Assembly: GCA_965223795.1 (NCBI GenBank)
Contig: CBDCXL010000002.1
Coordinates: forward strand, 3,104,001 to 3,168,000
Direction: 5' to 3'
Source: Nitrospinales bacterium
Lineage (GTDB): Bacteria > Nitrospinota > Nitrospinia > Nitrospinales > VA-1
Length of the DNA: 64,000 bases
The position numbers and the translations under genes were made by a program. The notes beneath the pieces are model-generated. The model ran no database searches. It saw only the letters and a program-made list of their open reading frames with translations, and was not told the origin of the DNA. How positions within the stretch are numbered: position 1 is the first letter of the stretch; every line of letters begins with the position of its first letter. Below, piece by piece: positions 33,560 to 43,372 of this stretch.

Positions 33560-34660
33560 ATGTTGTTTGAATTTCAGGATGCGGCGCTCGCGCCTCTGGA
33601 AGCGAAGGTGAGGGCGGGGGAGCGGCTCTCGTTTGAGGAAGGCGTGCTTTTGTGGAAGAGTTTCGACCTGCTGGGCGTGGGGTATCTCGCCAACATCGCG
33701 CGCGAGGCGCGCCACGGCGACGACACGTACTTCATCCACAACCGGCACATCAACCCGACCAACATCTGCATCCACAGCTGCCGCTTCTGCGCCTTCGGCG
33801 TGAAGGCGGACGATCCCACGGCCTACGAAAAATCGCTCGAAGAGATCTTCACCGACGCGGAGCAGTACCGCAGCGGCAAGGTGAGCGAGTTTCACATCGT
33901 CGGCGGCCTGCACCCGGAGCTGCCGTTTGAGTATTACGAAAACATGCTGATCGGCCTCAAGGAACGCTTCCCGAAGGTGCACATCCAGGCGTTCACGGCG
34001 GTGGAGCTGGGCTACCTGGCCGAGCTGGCGGGCCTGCCTTTGAGAGACACGCTGGTGCGGCTCAAGGAAGCGGGGCTGGGCTCGATCCCCGGCGGCGGCG
34101 CGGAGGTTTTCTCGGAGCGTGTGCGCAAGAAGATCTGCGGCGAGAAGACAACGGGCGGCGAGTGGCTGCACATCCACCGCACGGTGCACGAGGTCGGCAT
34201 GAAGAGCAACGCCACGATGCTGTACGGCCACATCGAAACGCCGGAGGAACGCACCGACCACCTGATTCAACTGCGCGAGCTGCAGGATGCCGCGCCGGGG
34301 TTTCTCACGTTCATCCCGCTGGCGTTTCATCCGGAGAACACGCGCCTCAGCCACCTGCACACCACGCCGGGCCAGCTCGACCTGCGGGCGCTCGCGGTCT
34401 CGCGGCTGATGCTCGACAATTTCCCGCACATCAAGGCGTTCTGGATCATGATCACGCCCAACATCGCGCAGCTCTCGCAGTCCTTCGGCGCCAACGACAT
34501 GGACGGCACGGTGGTGGAGGAGAAGATCATCCACGCGGCGGGCGCGGCGACGGAACAGATCTTTCAGCGCAACATCATCGTGGAGATGATCTGCGAGGCG
34601 GGCCGCCGACCGATGGAACGCGACACGCTCTACGAAGACACGCACGAATGCCTGGTATGA
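33560..34660 (+). CDS. mqnE: Aminofutalosine synthase (radical SAM)
   Basis: NPTNICIHSCRFCAF, HIVGGLHP, PGGGAEVF, NATMLYGHIE and LMLDNFPHIKAFW. Confidence 0.88.
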   Translation: MLFEFQDAALAPLEAKVRAGERLSFEEGVLLWKSFDLLGVGYLANIAREARHGDDTYFIHNRHINPTNICIHSCRFCAFGVKADDPTAYEKSLEEIFTDAEQYRSGKVSEFHIVGGLHPELPFEYYENMLIGLKERFPKVHIQAFTAVELGYLAELAGLPLRDTLVRLKEAGLGSIPGGGAEVFSERVRKKICGEKTTGGEWLHIHRTVHEVGMKSNATMLYGHIETPEERTDHLIQLRELQDAAPGFLTFIPLAFHPENTRLSHLHTTPGQLDLRALAVSRLMLDNFPHIKAFWIMITPNIAQLSQSFGANDMDGTVVEEKIIHAAGAATEQIFQRNIIVEMICEAGRRPMERDTLYEDTHECLV

Positions 34661-34718
34661 CCGGGCGTCCTGACTTTCCCCCCATCCCTAAAATACTTTG
34701 AAGCGGCCGCGGGCCGTG

Positions 34719-35354
34719 TCAGACGCCGGGGCTCTGCTCTGAGTCTCTGCGCAGTTCCGCCAGCGACCGGCCGATCACGGAAAACGCGGTCCTCAGAAAT
34801 ATCGCCGCGATCATCGCGCCCACAATGATGTCGGGAAACGCCGATCCGGTGAAATGCACGCCCGCCGCGGCGAGCAGCACGCCGGCGTTGCCGATGACGT
34901 CGTTGCGCGAGCACAGCCACACCGATTCCATGTTCAGGTTGTCGTTGCGGTGCGGCGTCAGGCTGTACAGGCAATAGCCGTTGACCGCCAGCGCCAGCAG
35001 GGCGACGCCCGCCATGATCCCGCCCGCGGGTGCGCCGCCGTGCAGGATCTTTGCGATCACTTCAAGCAAAACGCCGACGCCGAAAACCGCCTGGATGCTT
35101 CCTTTCGCAAGGGCCGCGCCGCTTTGCCAGCGCACGCTGCGCGACAGGGCGTACAGGCTGATGCCGTAGGTCAGCGCGTCGCCCAGCATGTCGAGAGAAT
35201 CCGCCAGCAGAGCGGACGAATCCGCCCACCATCCCGCCGTGAATTCCAGCAGGAACATCGCCGCATTGATCCACAGCACTTGCACCAGCACAATCCGCTG
35301 CCGTCCCTTGAGCAGGGCGGGATCGTGAGGAAGGTTGTCGCAGCATCCGCTCAT
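34719..35354 (-). CDS. Cation diffusion facilitator (short CDF, no cytosolic C-terminal domain)
   Basis: SSALLADSLDMLGDA and SVWLCSRNDVIGN; N-terminal CC. Confidence 0.85.
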   Translation of the reverse strand: MSGCCDNLPHDPALLKGRQRIVLVQVLWINAAMFLLEFTAGWWADSSALLADSLDMLGDALTYGISLYALSRSVRWQSGAALAKGSIQAVFGVGVLLEVIAKILHGGAPAGGIMAGVALLALAVNGYCLYSLTPHRNDNLNMESVWLCSRNDVIGNAGVLLAAAGVHFTGSAFPDIIVGAMIAAIFLRTAFSVIGRSLAELRRDSEQSPGV

Positions 35355-35804
35355 GGCCGCTCCGGCGTTGAAGTGAAATCCCCATTGTACCCGTTTCCTG
35401 CAAAACGAGGCGTGGATGAAATGCCCGTCCCTGAAAGAGAGATTTGGGGCTGTCCCGCGCTGCGAATTTTAAGCCCGGCTTGAGCGGAAACCCGGCTCCG
35501 GGGAGCAGAACTGCGGAATTTCCGCGTGTTATTTTCCCGCTTCGCTACCGGGATTTTTCGTCCCTGGGACGATTCGAATTCCGGGAAAAACCGGTCCTCC
35601 GGGCTTTCGAGAATTTGGGTTGACAAAGTTACATTAGCAGTTTAAATATATAGATATAGCGAAAATAAACTATTTATAACCAATGGGTTACGGATGGTGT
35701 TGGCGTTTCTCTCATGGGTCCTCTCGCGGATCCCTGCCTGAAGCCTGCCGGGATCCCATTCTGTGAAAACCAATCCCAAATGACATCAACGAGGGGGTGC
35801 CGGT

Positions 35805-36182
35805 ATGAGCTATGAAGGAAAGAAGGTTTTGGTCGTGGACGATTCTTCCGTGATGCGGCAGATCATCAAGAAAAATCTGAAGGAACTCGGTTTCGGTGAC
35901 ATCAGCGACGCGGAAGACGGCGCCGCCGGTCTGAAAAAACTGGGGGAAGGTGCGATCGATCTTGTGGTCTCGGACTGGAACATGCCCAAGATGACCGGCA
36001 TCGAGTTTCTGAAAGCCGTGCGTGCGGACGCCAATCTCAAAGGCACCAACTTCCTCATGGTGACCTCGGAGGCGGACAAGGAAAAAATCATGGAAGCGGT
36101 GGAAGCCGGTGTCAACCAGTACATCGTGAAGCCCTTCAATGCCAATCAGCTGGAAGAAAAAATCCAGGCCATTTTCAAATAA
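35805..36182 (+). CDS. cheY: Chemotaxis response regulator CheY
   Basis: Single receiver domain: VLVVDD, VSDWNMP, MVTSE and YIVKPF. Confidence 0.9.
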   Translation: MSYEGKKVLVVDDSSVMRQIIKKNLKELGFGDISDAEDGAAGLKKLGEGAIDLVVSDWNMPKMTGIEFLKAVRADANLKGTNFLMVTSEADKEKIMEAVEAGVNQYIVKPFNANQLEEKIQAIFK

Positions 36183-36492
36183 ACCGGCCGCCTGTCTGTT
36201 CGCGGCGGATCACCGGTTGCGGAACGAACCGGGCTCTGTGCGCCGCTTTCGTGTTGCCCGCATTTGCGCTCTCTGCACAGGTTTTTGTCTTAGCTTGGTG
36301 TGGATCGCGATGGGCAGCCGATGCGGACTTGAAAACAGGTGCATATCGGCAATATAAATTTACATTGACTGTTTTTTCAATATTGATTTATAATTGAAAT
36401 ATTGTGGGTTAAGTGATTCTTTGCACAAAAATATTTAGGATCAGGGATATTTTTGGTGAAGGAAGACGAGGCCGAAACCAAACGGGGTTGAT

Positions 36493-37011
36493 ATGAAAGC
36501 AACGGAATTGCAGGGTAAGGAAATGCCTTCGGTGCTCACCACTTGTGTGAGAGATTCGGTCTCATCGATTTTTGGAACCATCATCGGTGTGACGCCGGAA
36601 TTTGACGGAGATGAAGAGGACCGGAATGTCGGCGACGGCGTCGTGGGGATCATCTCTTTCGTGGGAGATGTTTCCTGGCTTCTGATGCTGGCTTTGCCGA
36701 GGCAGTCTGCATGCAACATCGCTTCCAGTTTCTGCGGGTTTGAAATCGAATACGACAGTCCCGACATGGGCGACGTGGTCGGAGAACTGGCCAACGTCCT
36801 GGCCGGGGACATCGTGGCGCGCCTGGCTCAGGACGATCTCAAAGTGGCGATGTCTTTGCCGACCATCATGCGCGGGAAAGATGTCGAGCCGCTGCTGCCG
36901 CGCGGGCTTCCCCACAAGAAAATGCACTACTCCATGGAGCAGGGTGAATTCATGATCAAAATGGCCGTGGCCGGTCAGGAAGACACCCTCGGGCGCAAGC
37001 CCGGAACCTGA
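36493..37011 (+). CDS. cheX: CheX-like chemotaxis phosphatase
   Basis: GVVGIISFVGD and the ExxN motif DVVGELANVLAG, followed by MSLPTIMRG. Confidence 0.8.
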   Translation: MKATELQGKEMPSVLTTCVRDSVSSIFGTIIGVTPEFDGDEEDRNVGDGVVGIISFVGDVSWLLMLALPRQSACNIASSFCGFEIEYDSPDMGDVVGELANVLAGDIVARLAQDDLKVAMSLPTIMRGKDVEPLLPRGLPHKKMHYSMEQGEFMIKMAVAGQEDTLGRKPGT

Positions 37012-37120
37012 GCTTCGGGTTCCGCCCCGGGAAACACTCTATGGGCTGTTGAATGCCGAAACGCCAGCGGATTCTCTTTCCTGAATGTGTGCCCTTAAAT
37101 CCCGGGTACCGTGATGCAGG

Positions 37121-39943
37121 ATGGAGACCGGAATGAAAAAGGACGCAAACGCGAGTCCCGATTCGAGCCCGAATCCGGATGCGGAGCCCATTGCGCCGGA
37201 CATGACACCCGATGCGGTGCGCGAGGCCGGGAGCCCATCCGATTCTTCCAGAGAGGAAACCGACGGTATGGATGAAGTCATCAATGAATTTCTCGTGGAA
37301 AGTTATGAGAATCTGGATCAGCTCGATCAGGACCTGGTCGACCTGGAACAAAACCCCACCGAAAAAAGTCTGCTAGCCAGCATCTTCCGCACCATCCACA
37401 CCATCAAAGGCACCTGTGGTTTCATCGGATTTTCCAAGCTCGAGTCTGTCGCCCACGTTGGGGAGAACCTGCTCAGCAAGCTGCGGGACGGCGAACTGTC
37501 GCTCAACCCGCCCATCACCAGCGCATTGCTGGCCATGGTCGATGCGATCCGGCAGATCCTTTCCTGCATCGAAAGCAGCCAGAACGAAGGCGATGTGGAT
37601 TACTCGGAACTGATCGGCACGTTGACCACCCTGCAGAAAGGAGAAAGCGCCGAGGTGGCGGTTCCTGCCGCACCGGCAAGCGCGGCAGCGGACACGCAGC
37701 CCGCCGGGGCTTCCCCGGAGGAGGAGGGAGCGTCGGTGTACGAAAGCATGGGAGGCGGGGACAAGGTCGAATCGATCGCCGACGTTCTCTACTCGATGGT
37801 GCTGGCGGACACGCGCATCAAGGACCTGTTCGAGGGTGTGGCGCTCGGGCCGCTCAAAAGCATCCACCGCGAGCTGTTCACCCACACGCTGGGCGGATCG
37901 GCCGATTTTTCCATGAAGAAATACGCGGACTCGCACAAATTTCTGATCGACAAGGGGATGAACGCAACCCATTTCGACGCGATGGTGGAAAACATCGGAG
38001 CGACGCTGAAGGTCCTGGATGTTCCCGAAAACGCCATCCGCAAAACGGTGGAAACCGTCGACCTGATTCGCGCGCAGATGTGGCCGCCGGATTCCGAAGC
38101 GGAAGCGCCGGCACCTGTCGAGGAAGCGCCGACAGCCCCGGATACTGCGGAAGTGCCTGAAGTTTCTGAAAGCGCGAAAACGGCGGAAACGGCTGTGGCC
38201 GCTCAGGGCGACGAAAGCGTCGATAAATCCGGCGCGGCGGCGGCCCGTCAGGAAGGGCGCGCGGTGGCGGAGGCCAGCATCCGTGTGGATGTGGATCTTC
38301 TGGACCGTCTGATGAACCTGGTCGGGGAGCTGGTGCTGGCGCGCAATCAGATTCTGCAGTTCACGCCCAAAGAGCAGGATTCCACGTTCACGGCCACGAC
38401 CCAGCATCTCAATCTGGTGACCACCGAGCTGCAGGAAGGGGTGATGAAGACCCGGATGCAGCCGATCGGCAACATCTGGAACAAATTCCCCAGGGTGGTG
38501 CGGGACCTCGCGATTTCCTGCGGCAAAAAAGTCCGCCTGGAAATGGAGGGGAAAGAGACCGAACTGGACAAAACCCTGATCGAGGCGATCAAGGACCCGC
38601 TCACGCACATCGTGCGCAATTCGGTGGACCACGGCATCGAAACGCCGGAGGTCCGCAAGGCGGCCGGAAAAGACGAAGAAGGCGTGCTGAAACTGCGCGC
38701 CTACCACGAGGGCGGTCAGGTCAATGTCGAGATCATCGATGACGGCGGCGGCATCGACCCGGAAAAACTGAAAAAGAAAGCCATCGAGAAGAACGTCATC
38801 ACGCCGGAAAAAGCGGCGCGCATGAGCGACCGCGAGGTGGTCAATCTGATCTTCGCCGCCGGGTTTTCTACCGCCGCGAAGGTGACCAACGTCTCCGGCC
38901 GCGGCGTCGGCATGGACGTGGTGAAAACCAATATCGAGAAGATCGGCGGCACCGTGGACGTGCAGAGCCAGAAAGGCCACGGCACCACGCTGAAGGTGAA
39001 AATCCCGCTGACCCTGGCGATCATACCGGCGCTCACGGTGATGACCGGCGGCGATCGCTATGCCATCCCGCAGGTGAACCTGCTGGAACTGGTTCGCCTG
39101 GACGGGCAGGACGCGAAAAACGCCGTCGAGATGATTCAGGGAACCCCGGTGTACCGGCTGCGGGGCAATCTGCTGCCGCTGGTTTATCTGAACGATCAGC
39201 TCAAAGTGGAGCGCAAGGAAAACAACGATGCGGTGAACATCGTGGTGCTGCAGGCGGACGACCGCCAGTTCGGTCTGGTGGTCGAAGGCGTCAACGATAC
39301 GGAGGAGATCGTCGTCAAGCCGCTCGGCAAACAGATGAAGGGCATTCCCGCCTTCGCGGGAGCCACGATCATGGGCGACGGCAAGGTGGCCCTGATCCTC
39401 GATGTGATGGGCCTGGCCCAGTCGGCGCGGGTGGTCACGGAGACGCACGAGCGGAACATCGACGACGGCCAGGATAAATCCCGCAACACCGACCGGGAGC
39501 GTCATTCCTATCTCATCTTCGGTCTGGGAGAAGACGGCCGCATGGCCATCCCGCTTTCCATCGTGGCGCGTCTGGAGGAATTCGCCCGCCAGGATCTGGA
39601 GTATTCCGGAGATCAGGAAGTGGTGCAGTACCGGGGCGAGATCATGCCGCTCATTTTCCTGTCCCGGATCTTTGGCGAAGAGATTTCAGAAGGCACCGCG
39701 GGCGTGAAAGAAACGATGCAGGCCGTGGTGTATACCCATAACGGCAAAAGCGTGGCCCTGGTCGCCGACCGGATAGTGGACATCGTGGAGGAGACGGTGA
39801 CCGTCAAGCGGAATTCCCGCCGTCACGGAACGGTAGGAACCGTGGTGCTGCAGGGCAAGGTCACGGACCTGTTGGATGCGGAAGGGATCGTGAAAGAGCA
39901 CGATCCCTCTTTTTACGAAGAACCGGCAATGATCCCGGCTTAA
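37121..39943 (+). CDS. cheA: Chemotaxis histidine kinase CheA with an internal truncated-globin domain and two CheW domains (true start may be 37133 or 37268)
   Basis: Hpt IFRTIHTIKG; dimerisation IRVDVDLLDRLMNLVGELVLARNQ; HATPase HIVRNSVDHGIE, DDGGGID, SGRGVGMDVV; two CheW-like domains; globin at about 37733-38080. Confidence 0.95.
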   Translation: METGMKKDANASPDSSPNPDAEPIAPDMTPDAVREAGSPSDSSREETDGMDEVINEFLVESYENLDQLDQDLVDLEQNPTEKSLLASIFRTIHTIKGTCGFIGFSKLESVAHVGENLLSKLRDGELSLNPPITSALLAMVDAIRQILSCIESSQNEGDVDYSELIGTLTTLQKGESAEVAVPAAPASAAADTQPAGASPEEEGASVYESMGGGDKVESIADVLYSMVLADTRIKDLFEGVALGPLKSIHRELFTHTLGGSADFSMKKYADSHKFLIDKGMNATHFDAMVENIGATLKVLDVPENAIRKTVETVDLIRAQMWPPDSEAEAPAPVEEAPTAPDTAEVPEVSESAKTAETAVAAQGDESVDKSGAAAARQEGRAVAEASIRVDVDLLDRLMNLVGELVLARNQILQFTPKEQDSTFTATTQHLNLVTTELQEGVMKTRMQPIGNIWNKFPRVVRDLAISCGKKVRLEMEGKETELDKTLIEAIKDPLTHIVRNSVDHGIETPEVRKAAGKDEEGVLKLRAYHEGGQVNVEIIDDGGGIDPEKLKKKAIEKNVITPEKAARMSDREVVNLIFAAGFSTAAKVTNVSGRGVGMDVVKTNIEKIGGTVDVQSQKGHGTTLKVKIPLTLAIIPALTVMTGGDRYAIPQVNLLELVRLDGQDAKNAVEMIQGTPVYRLRGNLLPLVYLNDQLKVERKENNDAVNIVVLQADDRQFGLVVEGVNDTEEIVVKPLGKQMKGIPAFAGATIMGDGKVALILDVMGLAQSARVVTETHERNIDDGQDKSRNTDRERHSYLIFGLGEDGRMAIPLSIVARLEEFARQDLEYSGDQEVVQYRGEIMPLIFLSRIFGEEISEGTAGVKETMQAVVYTHNGKSVALVADRIVDIVEETVTVKRNSRRHGTVGTVVLQGKVTDLLDAEGIVKEHDPSFYEEPAMIPA

Positions 39944-39959
39944 AAGAGGGCATTGATTC

Positions 39960-40433
39960 ATGGCGGAAAGCAAACAGTTCTGTACGTTTTATCTGGGGGA
40001 TTTGTTTTTTGGCGTTGAAGTGGAGAAGATTCAGGAGGTCTTCCGCTTTCAGGAAATGACCCACGTGCCGCTGGCGCCGCCGGTGGTCCGCGGCATGATC
40101 AATCTGCGCGGACAGATCATCACCGCCATCGATCTGCGGTGCCGGTTCGAGATGGAAAGCTGGCCGGACGACAAGCGTCCCATGAACGTCGTGGTGCGTA
40201 CGGAAGAGGGCGTCGTCTGTCTGTTGGTGGATGAGATCGGCGATGTGCTGGAAGTTCCCGAAGACAGCTACGAACGGCCGCCGGACACGATGGACGCGGT
40301 GACGCGGGATCTCGTTCTCGGCGTGTACAAACTGGATGGCAGCCTGCTGCTCATTCTGGACACGAAAAAAGCCGTGCATGTGGAATACGGAGACGCCATG
40401 GCCGGAACGGCCGCAGTGGTGGCGGCACCCTGA
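39960..40433 (+). CDS. cheW: Chemotaxis coupling protein CheW
   Basis: THVPLAPPVVRGMINLRGQIITAIDL and LLVDEIGDV. Confidence 0.93.
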   Translation: MAESKQFCTFYLGDLFFGVEVEKIQEVFRFQEMTHVPLAPPVVRGMINLRGQIITAIDLRCRFEMESWPDDKRPMNVVVRTEEGVVCLLVDEIGDVLEVPEDSYERPPDTMDAVTRDLVLGVYKLDGSLLLILDTKKAVHVEYGDAMAGTAAVVAAP

Positions 40434-40475
40434 CCCACCCGTTTGCGGGCGTTTTTCTGTGCGTGAAGCCGCGGA

Positions 40476-41570
40476 TCAGCGCCCGATTTTCAGCTCCTGC
40501 AGGATCGCGTTGCCGATCTGTTTCAGGGGCAGCACCCTGTCCGCCAACCCTCCTTTGGCGACGAATCCAGGCATTCCCCAGACGACCGAACTTTGCTCAT
40601 CCTGCACGATGACCTTGCCGCCGGCGCTTTTGATGTACTCGCAGCCGATCAGGCCGTCCTGGCCCATTCCTGTGAGGATCACCGCCAGGGCGTGCGGGCC
40701 GTACAATTCGGCCACGCTGCGGAACAGGACGTCGACCGCGGGCCGGCAGGAGTTTTCCGGCGGCTCCTGATGGGTCCTCAGCGCCATTCCTTTGCCGTTT
40801 TTCTCCAGAACCATGTGGTGGTCGCCGGGAGCGATCCAGGCTGATCCCGGGACCAGCGCCGTACCGGCCTGCCCCTCTGTGACGGTGAGATTGGACTTCG
40901 AGCTCAACCGCTCCGCCAGCAGTTTGGTGAAAAACGGCGGCATGTGCTGCACCATCACGATGGGGACCGGCAGGTCCTTGGGAAACACCGGAAACAGCTC
41001 GGCGAGGGCGTTGGGGCCGCCTGTGGACACGCCGATGGTCACGATGTCGATCCGGGTGTCCCGGGCCGGTTTTTTCGCCGCCGGGACCGCCATTTTCGCG
41101 GCCTTTTTCGGCAGGCTGGAAGGTTCCGGTTTTGCGGTCGCGGGCGGCTTGAGCCCCACTTTATCCGAGCAGAAAACCTTGATCTTGGGAATGAGTTCTT
41201 CCCGGACGCGCTGCATGGCGATCGAAACGCTGCCCACGTTCGCCGGTTTGGTGACGTAGTCGGTGGCTCCCAGAGCCAGCGCTTCCAGGGTTTTCGCCCC
41301 GCCCCGCTCGGTGAGGGTGCTGAACATGATGACCGGCAGGGAAGGGTGGGTCTTGCGGATTTCCGCCAGAGTCTGCAAACCGTCCATCTCCGGCATTTCG
41401 ATGTCCAGAGTGACGAGATCCGGCTTGATCTGCTCGATTTTGGCAAGGGCGATGCGGCCGTTGGCGGCGACGCCGGAAACCTCGATCTCAGGATCCACCT
41501 GCAGGCTGTCGGTCACGATTTTGCGGACGACCACCGCATCGTCCACCACCAGAACACGGATTTTTTTCAT
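40476..41570 (-). CDS. cheB: Chemotaxis methylesterase CheB (receiver plus esterase)
   Basis: LDIEMP, GVSTGGPNAL, VQHMP, RPAVDVLF and LTGMGQDG. Confidence 0.95.
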   Translation of the reverse strand: MKKIRVLVVDDAVVVRKIVTDSLQVDPEIEVSGVAANGRIALAKIEQIKPDLVTLDIEMPEMDGLQTLAEIRKTHPSLPVIMFSTLTERGGAKTLEALALGATDYVTKPANVGSVSIAMQRVREELIPKIKVFCSDKVGLKPPATAKPEPSSLPKKAAKMAVPAAKKPARDTRIDIVTIGVSTGGPNALAELFPVFPKDLPVPIVMVQHMPPFFTKLLAERLSSKSNLTVTEGQAGTALVPGSAWIAPGDHHMVLEKNGKGMALRTHQEPPENSCRPAVDVLFRSVAELYGPHALAVILTGMGQDGLIGCEYIKSAGGKVIVQDEQSSVVWGMPGFVAKGGLADRVLPLKQIGNAILQELKIGR

Positions 41571-41842
41571 AAAAGCGTCTTTTCGGCGGTCTGAGACAGC
41601 GGATCGCCGTTCATCCCAACCCGGAGGCGGGAATCGTTTCAGCCCTTAATTTAGGCTAATATATTCAATGGTTTGATAGTATTCCTTCATTCTAAGATAA
41701 CGTAAATCTATGATTTTTTCCACTTTATTTTACTGCCCCAGGGCAGGGCGGAGCGGCTTGAGAAATCCCTCCGAAGCGGGTAGAGTGGACGGCTGAATCC
41801 GGCCCGAATCCGGGTCGGAGCTGTATAAATTGCGGAAATACA

Positions 41843-42109
41843 ATGAAAAAGCTGATCAATAAAAACGGCCTCGAGATCGCCTGCCAGGCGAAGCCGGTGT
41901 TCGAGGAATTGATGCGCGGGACGGGCTGCGTCATGGCGGACCGGTTGTCACTCTATATGGCGAGTGAATCGTTCAACGAAAAATACATCATGCTGTCCCG
42001 TTCCCCGGAAGCGCCGGACGGATCGCCGGAAATGAAACGGTACAGTGCGGGCAACTTCAAGGATGCCTGGGATCAGTTTGTGCTTTGGATGGGAGAGACG
42101 GGCGGATGA
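41843..42109 (+). CDS. Hypothetical protein
   Basis: 88-aa ORF with host-like codon use, divergent from cheB. Confidence 0.55.
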   Translation: MKKLINKNGLEIACQAKPVFEELMRGTGCVMADRLSLYMASESFNEKYIMLSRSPEAPDGSPEMKRYSAGNFKDAWDQFVLWMGETGG

Positions 42110-42252
42110 CCGTCGCTGAATTTCAATCTGTTATCTCCGGGGCGGCGGGAAACGGGCGCGGGCGGCCGCGAAACGCGGTTTCTTCGCTTGAATTATCGGA
42201 GTTCAGAGTTTATCTTTTAAAACTGAGTTGCACTTTTTGATCGGTTCGTGTC

Positions 42253-42777
42253 ATGGAAAACTGGTACATGTTGACGCTCGTCGGGAAAGACCGGCCGGGT
42301 ATCGTGGCGCGCATCAGCGGCGCGTTGTTCAAGGGAAAATGCAATCTGGGTGAGGCTTCCATGTCGCGCCTGGGCGGTAATTTTTCGATCATGCTGATGG
42401 TGCAGCACGAAGGCCCGGAAGAGGCGCTGGAACGCCTGATCGAGCCGGTGTCGCGCGAATTCGGTCTCCGGCACCATGTGGACGTGATCGAAGGCGAGCT
42501 GCACCACCATGTGGAGCCCAATGTGCGCGTCAGTGTGCACGGCGCGGACCGGGCCGGGATCGTGGCCCAGGTGACCGGCACGCTGGCCGAGGCGGGCCTC
42601 AACATCCTCAACCTGGAATCGGATGTGGCGGGCACGGAGGAGAGGCCGATCTACATCATGCACATCGAGGGCGTGACGGAACAGAGCATTGAGGCGCTGC
42701 GGGCGGCGCTCGATACTGTGGACGCGGAACTGGAAATCGACACGGAGATAGCGGAAATCGATATTCTGAGAGGCTGA
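42253..42777 (+). CDS. Tandem ACT-domain protein (GcvR-like)
   Basis: Two ACT repeats, GKDRPGIVA and GADRAGIVA. Confidence 0.85.
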   Translation: MENWYMLTLVGKDRPGIVARISGALFKGKCNLGEASMSRLGGNFSIMLMVQHEGPEEALERLIEPVSREFGLRHHVDVIEGELHHHVEPNVRVSVHGADRAGIVAQVTGTLAEAGLNILNLESDVAGTEERPIYIMHIEGVTEQSIEALRAALDTVDAELEIDTEIAEIDILRG

Positions 42778-42782
42778 GAGCG

Positions 42783-43313
42783 ATGGCGGTTCTGAAAATA
42801 CTGGAAGTCCCCGATCCCCGGTTGAAGGAGATCTCGAAACCGGTGGATACGATCGACGATGCTCTGCGCAGCTTCATTGCGGACCTGGAAGAAACGATGC
42901 GCGCCGGGCCCGGCGCCATCGGCATCGCCGCTCCGCAGGTCGGACGGCTGGACCGGATCGTGATCGTCGATCTGACCAGCAAGCCGAAAATCAAAAATCA
43001 CGGCCGGCTGATTCTGATCAATCCGGTGATCACGTCACACGAAGGCAATGTGGTGGGACGCGAAGGGTGCCTGTCGGTGCCCGATTACACGGGCAACGTG
43101 GCGCGCTGGGAGTTCATCGAATTGAAGGCGCAGGATGAGTTCGGCAACGAACATGTGTACCACATGGAAGGTTTCGAAGCCCGGGTGGCGCAGCACGAAA
43201 TGGACCACCTGGACGGATATGTGTTTCTCGACCGGCTGGTGAGCCGGAGAGGCAGTCTGTTCCGCCGCAAAGTGTATAAAAAACCTGCCAAGTCCGGCGC
43301 GGAATCCAACTGA
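42783..43313 (+). CDS. def: Peptide deformylase
   Basis: IGIAAPQVG, EGCLS and QHEMDHLDG. Confidence 0.95.
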   Translation: MAVLKILEVPDPRLKEISKPVDTIDDALRSFIADLEETMRAGPGAIGIAAPQVGRLDRIVIVDLTSKPKIKNHGRLILINPVITSHEGNVVGREGCLSVPDYTGNVARWEFIELKAQDEFGNEHVYHMEGFEARVAQHEMDHLDGYVFLDRLVSRRGSLFRRKVYKKPAKSGAESN

Positions 43314-43372
43314 AAGCCAGCCGGCCCTTCCGATAATCCGCCCGGCGCCCCGCACCGGCCTGATCGTTTGTT

